Shown: piece by piece, positions 1 through 7,679 of the stretch
Layout of the letters: the number at the start of each line of letters is the position of its first letter
Position numbering within the stretch: the first letter of the stretch is position 1
Notes under the pieces: generated by a model
Seen by the model: the letters and a program-made list of their open reading frames with translations, nothing else
What the model was told of the DNA's origin: nothing
Database searches by the model: none
NCBI GenBank assembly: GCA_963708295.1
Contig: CAVPSJ010000014.1
Coordinates: 224,001 to 288,000 of the forward strand
Reading direction: 5' to 3'
DNA length: 64,000 nt
From: an uncultured delta proteobacterium
Lineage (GTDB): Bacteria > Desulfobacterota > BSN033 > UBA1163
Program-made: the position numbers and the translations under genes

Positions 1-17
1 TCGTTATCTGACATGAC

Positions 18-67
18 TGGATTCCGGCTGGAGTTTACCCCGTACTTGATACGGGGCCGGAATGACG
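18..67. repeat. REP-like palindrome (GTCAT/ATGAC-tagged) with nested hairpin
   Basis: tggATTCCGGC...ccccgtacttgatacgggg...GCCGGAATgacg; outer and inner inverted repeats. Confidence 0.6.
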
Positions 68-220
68 ATCCTCAGGCTTATTCTACCTTTTATATCTTCA
101 TCCAGATATAAAATTCAAAAGGCCTTCACCAGAGAAATTGGTTTCTTGGGCATTTGTATTTGTTTCGGATTGATTCCTACGGAATGCTCCGCGCGTGCTT
201 CGAGTTTGGAGTTTTCCCGA

Positions 221-622
221 TCAAGGTCGGGAGTTAACGTGTTCTTTGATCCATCGGATCGATTCGTCGAAAGGAGTTCCTCCGGGGAAGATGCCCTGGA
301 TCCCGATCTTTTGGAGAGGAGGAATATCCCGTTTGGGAATGACACCGCCGATGATGACCAGGATGTCATCAATCTTCTTTTTTTTCATCTCCTTCATCAA
401 TTTTTCGCAGATCGGCAGGTGGGCTCCGGACATAATCGATAGGCCGATGATGTCCACCCCCTCCTGGATGGCCGTATGGGTGATTTGATCCACGGTCTGA
501 TGAAGGCCGGTGTAAATCACCTCCATCCCCGCGTCGCGGAGGGCTTGCGCCACTACTTTCGCCCCCCGATCGTGGCCGTCCAGCCCGGGTTTTGCGACCA
601 GGATACGAATTTTTTTCTCCAC
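221..622 (-). CDS. Cobalamin-binding domain protein (methylmalonyl-CoA mutase C-terminal/small subunit type)
   Basis: AKPGLDGHDRG B12-binding DxHxxG motif; 133 aa. Confidence 0.92.
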   Translation of the reverse strand: MEKKIRILVAKPGLDGHDRGAKVVAQALRDAGMEVIYTGLHQTVDQITHTAIQEGVDIIGLSIMSGAHLPICEKLMKEMKKKKIDDILVIIGGVIPKRDIPPLQKIGIQGIFPGGTPFDESIRWIKEHVNSRP

Positions 623-628
623 CTCTTT

Positions 629-724
629 ACCCCGTTAGAAAGCCCCGCTGCTAACAGCGGGGATGAATACTATTTGTTTTTCAGCGAGCCCCGTTAGAAA
701 GTAGAAGGCTTTCTAACAGGTTTA
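629..724. repeat. Palindromic repeat (ccccgttagaaa...tttctaac) with internal ccccgctg/cagcgggg hairpin
   Basis: Two direct copies of ccccgttagaaag plus inverted ctttctaacagg; related cgttagaa...ttctaacg at about 9434-9466. Confidence 0.55.
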
Positions 725-728
725 CCCC

Positions 729-1415
729 TTAAGGGATCATTCTTCCCTCATCGATTTCCCTTAAAACGAGCTCCTTGCCTTTCGCGAGATGCTTTCGGAC
801 AAGCCTTTCTGCCAACCTTGGGTTCTTCTTCCTCATCGCCTCCAGCATCTGACGATGGTCTTTATTGGAGGAACTGATGCCGTCCTGGGTCCGGAGCAGG
901 GCGGACCGGTACCGATAAAAATAGTCGCGAAAGGTATTGATCATGTCGACCAGTTTCTTGCTTTTACAAGACTTGTAGAGAAGGTCATGGAATTCGGTGT
1001 TGAGCTGGACAGCCTTATCCGGTTCTCCCTTTTCCAGGGCCTCTTCCGATTCCTTCACTTTATTCTCCAGAATGGAAATCTTATCAGGAGCCGTATGAAG
1101 GGTGGCCAAATAAGCGGCATAACTTTCGAGGGCACTCCGGATTCCGAAGATTTCCTCTACATCCTCTTTTGTGAATTCCGTCACCGCATAACCTCCTTTG
1201 GGAAGCCGGGTGACCAATTCATCCTTTTCAAGTTTGTGAAAAGCCTCTCTGACGGGGGTGCGGCTGATTCCAACGTGATCGGCCAATTGCTCCTCGATAA
1301 GATGCTGGCCGGGTTTCAATTTCCCGTGAAGAATAGATTTTCTGAGTGATTCATAGACTTCTTCCCGTAGAGATTTCTTTTTGCGGATCCGAAGGCCTCC
1401 TAAAGTCGTTTCCAT
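729..1415 (-). CDS. GntR family (FadR/FCD) transcriptional regulator
   Basis: HTH EEQLADHVGISRTPVREAF; FCD motif NTEFHDLL; GGAGG RBS before ATG 1415. Confidence 0.93.
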   Translation of the reverse strand: METTLGGLRIRKKKSLREEVYESLRKSILHGKLKPGQHLIEEQLADHVGISRTPVREAFHKLEKDELVTRLPKGGYAVTEFTKEDVEEIFGIRSALESYAAYLATLHTAPDKISILENKVKESEEALEKGEPDKAVQLNTEFHDLLYKSCKSKKLVDMINTFRDYFYRYRSALLRTQDGISSSNKDHRQMLEAMRKKNPRLAERLVRKHLAKGKELVLREIDEGRMIP

Positions 1416-1442
1416 GGAATCCTCCTTTTTCGGTATAAATTC

Positions 1443-1603
1443 TGTATACTGTATCCAGAATATCATCTTTTTATATGCCAAGGGTCTTGGCTTGTCAAGG
1501 ATTTTTTGAAAGGTGTTTTTTGAAAGGTTTTTTTGAAAGGGGAAGGAAAAGGCTTGACACCATCAGGATTTTGGGTATATATAATTTTTTGTATACAGTA
1601 TCC
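1443..1603. promoter_or_regulatory. Divergent sigma70-type promoters with two putative GntR operators
   Basis: Minus-strand TTGACA-17-TATAAA (1498-1470); plus-strand TTGACA at 1554; TGTATAC(T/A)GTATCC at 1443 and 1590. Confidence 0.6.
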
Positions 1604-1628
1604 CAATAGGAATCAGGAGGTGGTTTTT

Positions 1629-2828
1629 ATGGACGAAGTCCAACTCTTTAAAGATATTACTGTTTTGAGTCTCGAACAGGCAACTGTTCTCCCCTACTTA
1701 ACCCTCCGTTTGGCTGAAGAAGGAGCTAATATCATTCGCTTGGAACATCCCATTTACGGGGATCCCAATCGAAGAGTGGGGGACGATGTGTTGAAGGAAG
1801 ATCGAATGTTCTCCTATTATCTCTCCATCAATGCAGGGAAGAAAGCGCTCACCCTTGACATCGGGGCTCCTGAAGGGCAGGAAATTTTTAAAAATCTCAT
1901 CACCAAACTAAGCGTGGATATCTTTGCGACGAATCAACTTCCGAGAAATTACGCAAAACTCGGGATCGAGTATGAGATGCTCAAGAAGATCAAGGAGGAC
2001 ATCATCTGGCTGGGGATGACCGGTTTTGGCCCCCAGATCAATGAGGCAGCATATGATCCCGTGCTTCAAGCGAGGGGGGGGTTAATGGAGCTGACCGGAG
2101 AAAAGGGAGGGACGCCTCAAGTGATGGGGGTCCCCCTTCCCGATATGGGAGCCAGCGAGCATGGCTATGGCCTTCTGATGAAGGCCCTTTTCAAAAGGGC
2201 AGTGACAGGCCAAGGAAGCCGGATCGATCTCTCGATGTTCGAAAGCACGGTCTCCTGGCTCACTCAGGCCATTACCCACACGGTCTCGTTCAACAAGAAG
2301 GTTTCTCGAAGGGGGAATACTCACGAATTCTTTGCCCCGGTTTCTGTCTATGAGACGAAGGATGGCTATGCCTATATCGCTGTCGGAAATGATAAGCAGT
2401 GGGAGACGATGACAAAGATTCCGGGTTTTGAATCCCTTTATAAAAAAGAGTATGAAAGAAATGCCGGCCGCATTGCGGATGTGGACAACCTGAATCGTGC
2501 GATCAGAGCCGTTACCAAGAAATTTTCGACCGATGCATTGATCGACATCTTCAATAAGGCGACGCTTGCCATTTCAAAAGTCAACACCATTGAAGATGTG
2601 GTTCGAGATCCCCTGGTCAAACCGAATCTCATCCGAAGCAAAGACCCCAAGACGGGAATGGAAATTACTCTTGCCCCTCCTCCCGCGAATAACCTCAATC
2701 TCAAATCCATCGACCGAATGATGAGCTTCCCTCCCCGATTCGGTGAACACAACGAGGAGATTTACGGTGGGCTCTTGGGATACAGTCGTGCCCGGCTGAA
2801 GGAGTACAAGGAGAAAAATATCATTTAA
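1629..2828 (+). CDS. CaiB/BaiF family (class III) CoA transferase
   Basis: GDPNR, NAGKKALTLD, AYDPVLQARGG, PPRFGEHNEEI motifs; AGGAGG RBS. Confidence 0.92.
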   Translation: MDEVQLFKDITVLSLEQATVLPYLTLRLAEEGANIIRLEHPIYGDPNRRVGDDVLKEDRMFSYYLSINAGKKALTLDIGAPEGQEIFKNLITKLSVDIFATNQLPRNYAKLGIEYEMLKKIKEDIIWLGMTGFGPQINEAAYDPVLQARGGLMELTGEKGGTPQVMGVPLPDMGASEHGYGLLMKALFKRAVTGQGSRIDLSMFESTVSWLTQAITHTVSFNKKVSRRGNTHEFFAPVSVYETKDGYAYIAVGNDKQWETMTKIPGFESLYKKEYERNAGRIADVDNLNRAIRAVTKKFSTDALIDIFNKATLAISKVNTIEDVVRDPLVKPNLIRSKDPKTGMEITLAPPPANNLNLKSIDRMMSFPPRFGEHNEEIYGGLLGYSRARLKEYKEKNII

Positions 2829-2884
2829 GAAATGGTTCGGAGTCATGCGTTATCTCCCCATAGCGACGAAAGGAGGAACCCTCC

Positions 2885-4045
2885 ATGGCACTCGACTTCA
2901 GTTTTACAGAAGATCACGAGTTCTTCAGGCAGACCGTCCGGGGTGCTGTGAAGCGTTTAATCTTACCCCGGGTCAAGGAACTGGACGAAAAAGAGGAATT
3001 CCCCTGGGACCTCTGGAAGGAATTTGCTGCCCTGGGGTATCTCGGCCTAAAACACGAAGAAAAATACGGGGGCATGTCAACCGATACCATCAGTCAGATG
3101 ATCTTCTACGAAGAACTCGCAAGGGGGTCTTGCGGCTTTGCTATGTCAGCGATTATGCAGATCCTGATGGGAACTTATTTCATCGCCCGTTTCGGAAACG
3201 AGGATATTAAGCAGAGGATTCTTGTTCCCGCCATCAAAGGCGAAAAGATTGGCACGATCTGTTTTACTGAGGACCAATCTGGTTCGGATCTCGCCGGAAC
3301 AAAAACGCTAGCAACGAAGGTGGATGGAGGTTGGAGGATCAACGGTCAAAAACAGTGGATCACCAACGGTCCCATTGCTGAATTCGCTACGGTGATGGCA
3401 ACGGTGGATCGGAAAATGGGTCTGAAGGGTCTTAATTTTTACCTCGTAGAAAAGAAGACGAAGAATCGTGATGGGTTCGTCCCCGGCCAGAAGATCCATA
3501 AATTGGGCTCTCGCTGCTCGGTAACAGGTGAGCTGGTGTTTGACAATGTCTTTGTTCCTGATGAGAATTTCCTGGGAGAGGAAATCGGCAAAGGGGTTCA
3601 GTATGCCGGAAACATTCTCAACGAAGTGCGTGTCATGACAGGCATGTGCGCTTTGTCGATTGCAAAAGAAGCCATGGAAGATGCGAGGCAATATGCCAAT
3701 AACCGAATTGCTTTTGGAAACGCCATCAGCAAGTATCAACTCATTCGCGAAAAATTTGCCAAATTCTGGGCCTGGTATGAGGCTTCTCGAACCTTCCTCT
3801 ACAGGTGCGCATGGATGATTCAAAACAACATCCCTTGTACGAACGAATGCATGATGGCCAAATATCACTCTGCAGAGATGTGTATGTACGCGGTGGAAGA
3901 GGCCATGAGGATTTACGGTGGAAACGCCTTCTGCACCGACATTTCTGTCCAGCGATTCTGGAGAGATGCGAAATTCCTGCTCTATGGGGGTGGCACCCAT
4001 GAAGTTCTGTGTGATTATCTGGGAAGGGTTTACTGTAAAGATTAA
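2885..4045 (+). CDS. Acyl-CoA dehydrogenase
   Basis: CFTEDQSGSD, NGQKQWITNG, RIAFG, YGGGTHEV motifs. Confidence 0.93.
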   Translation: MALDFSFTEDHEFFRQTVRGAVKRLILPRVKELDEKEEFPWDLWKEFAALGYLGLKHEEKYGGMSTDTISQMIFYEELARGSCGFAMSAIMQILMGTYFIARFGNEDIKQRILVPAIKGEKIGTICFTEDQSGSDLAGTKTLATKVDGGWRINGQKQWITNGPIAEFATVMATVDRKMGLKGLNFYLVEKKTKNRDGFVPGQKIHKLGSRCSVTGELVFDNVFVPDENFLGEEIGKGVQYAGNILNEVRVMTGMCALSIAKEAMEDARQYANNRIAFGNAISKYQLIREKFAKFWAWYEASRTFLYRCAWMIQNNIPCTNECMMAKYHSAEMCMYAVEEAMRIYGGNAFCTDISVQRFWRDAKFLLYGGGTHEVLCDYLGRVYCKD

Positions 4046-4193
4046 CCTAACCGCCTTGCGCCCCTGCCTGCCGGGAGGCAGGCTCTTGGAAAATGGATTG
4101 AGATTTAGAAAACTGGATTGCTTTCCCACCACAGAGTCATGGGGAGCCTAGGGCATCTGAGGTGATACGGGTTATGAACGAGGGTTGCCTTCG

Positions 4194-4454
4194 ATGAAGA
4201 TCACCGAAAAGCTACCTCTCGATACCTTTATAAACGACGAAGAGTCCCGCATCCTTCTTGAGCAACAAATCTGTCACACGATCAAGAACAATTCTGCGTT
4301 TATGCCTGCCCCGCAAACCTGTACTCCCTCAACGAAAAAGGAGAGAGGACCGTCGAATTTGCCGGATGGCACCTGCAGGATTGCCTGCGTATAGGGTTCC
4401 GTGAAATGGAAATATCCCAAGAGCGGATTGGGTGTCCAGTATCGGTTTGGATGA
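4194..4454 (+). pseudogene. fixX: Degenerate FixX-type ferredoxin
   Basis: Across frames: MKITEKLPLDTFINDEES.. / CVYACPANLYSLNEKGERTVEFAG / GTCRIACV*GSVKWKYPKSGLGVQYRFG*; CxxC segments deleted, internal TAG. Confidence 0.75.
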
Positions 4455-4579
4455 GGGAACCCAAATCCATTTTCGACAATCCTCCGGCAGCACTGCTGTC
4501 CAAATTAAGTGGAATTCTCGGGAAGTAACGTTGATTTCATTCAGCTTTTGGATTGATATTCGCCTCTTTCAACGCCAGG

Positions 4580-4812
4580 TTTCACCGCAGAGGCGCGGAG
4601 ATCGCAGAGGGAGATTTTTCTTCTGCTCCAATCGGGAGACGGCGATTGGAGCAGAAACTTCGTCCCTTCGGGATCAGGATCGATCCGTTTGATGGCGGTG
4701 GTACTATCATGAGCCTTGTCTTTTTTTAGAATGACAAACCTTTTTATTTGGCGGTATCTCTCCGCCAAACAAAAAACCTTTTCTCCGCGTTCTCTGCGAC
4801 TCTGCGGTGAAA
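4580..4812. mobile_element. MITE-like structured element with ~32-bp imperfect terminal inverted repeats
   Basis: tttcaccgcagaggcgcggagatcgcagagga vs ttctccgcgttctctgcgactctgcggtgaaa; two internal hairpins. Confidence 0.6.
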
Positions 4813-4871
4813 AGTCTATTTTGGACAGGTTTGCTCCGGCAGGGATTGATTGACATCCTGAGGCGAACTCC

Positions 4872-5042
4872 CTAACTCACTTTTTTCCACGTTTCCAAGC
4901 TTTCTTGGGACGTTAGAATTTGGCGGTCGCCCTCTTCTTCTTTTAGAACGACCCAGTCCCCGTCCATAACCACTCTTGCTACTCCGTAGATTTTACGAGT
5001 ATCGGGCTTAATAAACCTGTCACCCTCCTTGGCCCTTTCCAT
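4872..5042 (-). CDS. Small hypothetical protein (56 aa; not in ORF track)
   Basis: MERAKEGDRFIKPDTRKIYGVARVVMDGDWVVLKEEEGDRQILTSQESLETWKKVS; purine-rich RBS AGGGGTGGGG. Confidence 0.55.
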   Translation of the reverse strand: MERAKEGDRFIKPDTRKIYGVARVVMDGDWVVLKEEEGDRQILTSQESLETWKKVS

Positions 5043-5533
5043 AGTTCCCCACCCCTGGTTTAAAGTCTAAGTGAATATCCTTCCTCTCGAGGGAGAGTTT
5101 ATTAAATTAGGGACGGGGTGTCAATTAAAGAATTAGAAGAATTAGAAGAATGTCCTGGTGGTCCATCCATCGAGTAAACCTCTCTTAAAGACAGCAAAAG
5201 TTGACACGCTTAATCATACATTGTAAATTCCCTTTGAAAATAAGCGGTTCCCTCAAAAAGGAAAACATTTTTCTGGCGAGAGCTCCGTCTTTTGGGGAAA
5301 GGATTCACTTCCCCTCACTGCCTCGGGGTGGTCGCCTGAAAAGCCGCGAGCAGTATGGATTGATTGAACATGGCAAAGATCTGCCCTCCCCGGGTTCAAG
5401 AAAGATTTTTAGCACTTTCAGGTGAGGAATTCAGTACTTATGTGAAAATTCTTTCCACTTTTGGTTTTCGCTGAAATCGTTTGGATTCGAGAGAAGATCT
5501 TAATTATCGATAAGTTGCATCAAATGACAAAAA

Positions 5534-5550
5534 TTGGCACTAAACTTGCT
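5534..5550 (+). promoter_or_regulatory. Sigma-54 (-24/-12) promoter
   Basis: TTGGCACTAAACTTGCT, exact GG-N10-GC, ~50 nt before ORF 5602. Confidence 0.75.
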
Positions 5551-5601
5551 TTATTTCTCTATTGTTTCTATCTTACTTCTTATTAAGGACGGTCTTCCGA
5601 T

Positions 5602-5784
5602 ATGATAGCCTATGAATTTTACTGGCGCGATGAAATTGGGAAGGAACATCTTGTTGGAATACTTCCGGAGAGAAGAAGAAACTCATTGAGAATAACCAAG
5701 GAGTCTATTCTGAATTGGGTTTCGATGGTGATTGGAAATAATTTGGAAAGTAACAATATCTATTTCGTTCAAGTGGAATTATAG
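5602..5784 (+). CDS. Small hypothetical protein (60 aa)
   Basis: TAAGGA RBS and sigma-54 promoter upstream; protein-like composition. Confidence 0.7.
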   Translation: MIAYEFYWRDEIGKEHLVGILPERRRNSLRITKESILNWVSMVIGNNLESNNIYFVQVEL

Positions 5785-6085
5785 GTTAAATCTGGGACAG
5801 AGATGATCTGAATTGGGAAGCATCCCAATCGTGATTCGATATTCGATTATCAAAAGCGAAAGCAGAGTCGGAGATGACTCTGCTTTTTTTATCCCTTTGG
5901 GCGAGCTTTTCCTTGCTTCATCCAATATTTCTTGTTAGAATTCCACTACAAACCGCTGATCAGAGGGGAATCCCCCAGCCGTTTCATGGATTCTACCCGC
6001 TCCATTATAGGGCGGAAGCTTACAGGGTCCGTGACGTCCGTCAGCATGCCGTTTATCTAGAGTGAACACCCGCAAATCAAAGAAG

Positions 6086-6607
6086 ATGGCTAAAGAATTT
6101 GATGAGGCGTACATGAAGATGGCTCTGGAAGAGGCAGAGAAGGCTGGCGCGAGAGGGGAAGTTCCGGTGGGAGCCGTTTTATTAAAGGGAGGTCAGGTGC
6201 TGGCAAGAGATCACAATCGTTGCATCGAGCTCAGCGACCCGACTGCCCACGCAGAAATCCTCGTCCTGCGAAAAGGGGGGGAGATTTTAAGAAACTACCG
6301 ATTGAATGGAACTGCGATGTATGTGACGGCAGAGCCTTGCCCCATGTGCGTTTCCGCAATGGTTCACGGCAGGATATCGAGATTGGTCTTTGGGGCATCG
6401 GAGCCGAAATTTGGGGCGGTCGAATCAAAATTTAGATTGTTGAGCGATCAGGGCATGAATCACAAAGTAAAGGTTGAGCGGGGGATTCTCGAAAAAGAAT
6501 GCGGTGAAATCTTAAAGGTTTTCTTTAGAGGACGAAGAGGAAGAGAAAGTAACAAGTTAAGAGTTATGAGTTCAGAGTTAGCGGGTACGGGAATTAGACA
6601 AGAATGA
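6086..6607 (+). CDS. tadA: tRNA adenosine(34) deaminase
   Basis: GEVPVGAV, DPTAHAE, EPCPMC motifs. Confidence 0.93.
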   Translation: MAKEFDEAYMKMALEEAEKAGARGEVPVGAVLLKGGQVLARDHNRCIELSDPTAHAEILVLRKGGEILRNYRLNGTAMYVTAEPCPMCVSAMVHGRISRLVFGASEPKFGAVESKFRLLSDQGMNHKVKVERGILEKECGEILKVFFRGRRGRESNKLRVMSSELAGTGIRQE

Positions 6608-6641
6608 AAATAACTCAAAACTTGGAACTCAAAACTCATAA
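6553..6641. repeat. Inverted pair of ~7-nt periodic tracts
   Basis: aagttaagagttatgagttcagagtt ... aactcaaaacttggaactcaaaactcataac; similar pair at 6786-6874. Confidence 0.6.
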
Positions 6642-6655
6642 CCGTAATTCAGCCA

Positions 6656-6744
6656 GGAGAGGTTGCCGAGTGGCTTAAGGCGCCGCTCTCGAAAAGCGGT
6701 TCTCCCGAAAGGAGACGTGGGTTCAAATCCCACCCTCTCCGCCA
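6656..6744 (+). tRNA. tRNA-Ser (CGA)
   Basis: Acceptor GGAGAGG/CCTCTCC-GCCA, anticodon loop CT-CGA-AA, long variable arm. Confidence 0.95.
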
Positions 6745-6885
6745 TCCTACGCTAAAGCTTCGGCTGGCGAACCATGCACCCTGTAAGTTATAAAATCAGA
6801 GTTCAGAAAAATAAATACTCCTTAGAAATTTGATTAAGAATTACTCCGAACTCCGAGCTAAGAACTCTGAACTAATTTTTGAAAC

Positions 6886-6978
6886 GGAGAGATGCCCGAG
6901 AGGCCGAAGGGGCACGATTGGAAATCGTGTATTCCGCTAATAACGGGATCGTGGGTTCGACTCCCACTCTCTCCGCCA
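6886..6978 (+). tRNA. tRNA-Ser (GGA)
   Basis: Acceptor GGAGAGA/TCTCTCC-GCCA, anticodon loop TT-GGA-AA, long variable arm. Confidence 0.95.
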
Positions 6979-7190
6979 TGCACCACGTAGGGTTCTGGCA
7001 GCCGTGCACCTTAAGGGCGCGGTATGCAACGCTGACCATGAGGTTCAGGATAGTCGCCATAGTTATAGCACCGCGTATGGTGCAGCTTGCCCTGAACCTG
7101 ACATGGTTTAGGGCGCCATAGGCCATGAACCGCGTAGTTCGTGGCAGCCGCGCACCTCACAGGGTACACGGCGCCAGATGACAGACTGAT

Positions 7191-7454
7191 ATGTATTATG
7201 TTTATGTGCTGAGAAGTCAGCTTGATGGAAGGCTCTACATCGGTTACACAGCGAACCTTAGGAATAGAATTCAAGAACACAATAGCGGGGAAGTGACATC
7301 AACAAAACCACGTAGGCCGTTAGAGTTAATTTTCTATGAAGGGTATAGGAGCATGGAAGATGCGAAACGTAGGGAACGTTATCTGAAGACTACTAAGGGT
7401 AAATCTTCATTGAACATAATGCTCCGAAATTCATTGAACCCATCGGCAAGATAG
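7191..7454 (+). CDS. Stand-alone GIY-YIG nuclease domain protein
   Basis: MYYVYVLRS..LYIGYT..RIQEHNSG..T..RRP..YE..A.RRERYLK; 87 aa. Confidence 0.9.
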   Translation: MYYVYVLRSQLDGRLYIGYTANLRNRIQEHNSGEVTSTKPRRPLELIFYEGYRSMEDAKRRERYLKTTKGKSSLNIMLRNSLNPSAR

Positions 7455-7484
7455 GGTCTACGAACAGGCGACGCAAGGAAGATC

Positions 7485-7596
7485 TTGTTGATAGCCGGGT
7501 CCTGCGCAACAAATGATTACAAACCCCGTCAGGTCCGGAAGGAAGCAGCGGTAGTAATCCCCTTTGTGTGCCGCAGGGGAGCCTGGCTATCAACAA
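7485..7596 (+). ncRNA. ffs: Signal recognition particle RNA (small)
   Basis: Conserved TCAGGTCCGGAAGGAAGCAGC core; terminal helix ttgttgatagcc/ggctatcaacaa; upstream of dnaX. Confidence 0.93.
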
Positions 7597-7679
7597 ATGA
7601 TATACGGAACGAGAGCTGATGGGTGTCGGCTGGCAGTCGGCCGTTCTGAGACTATATTTCATTCATAACGGTGCATCCT

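Noticed and set aside
3308-4132. Long antisense ORFs (also 10511-11254, 25204-26007, 32641-33399, 50060-51010)
   Set aside because: Shadow frames opposite well-supported genes, with no motifs or RBS.
4392-4394. In-frame TAG in fixX as pyrrolysine
   Set aside because: The gene also has deletions of Cys motifs, and no pyl genes are present in the window.
5960-6052. Resemblance to a GEMM/c-di-GMP-I riboswitch (gggcggaagcttacagggtc...gcatgccg)
   Set aside because: No GNRA-capped P2 stem and no GCAAA/CTAAA element; the tadA context is unusual. An Rfam scan would settle it.
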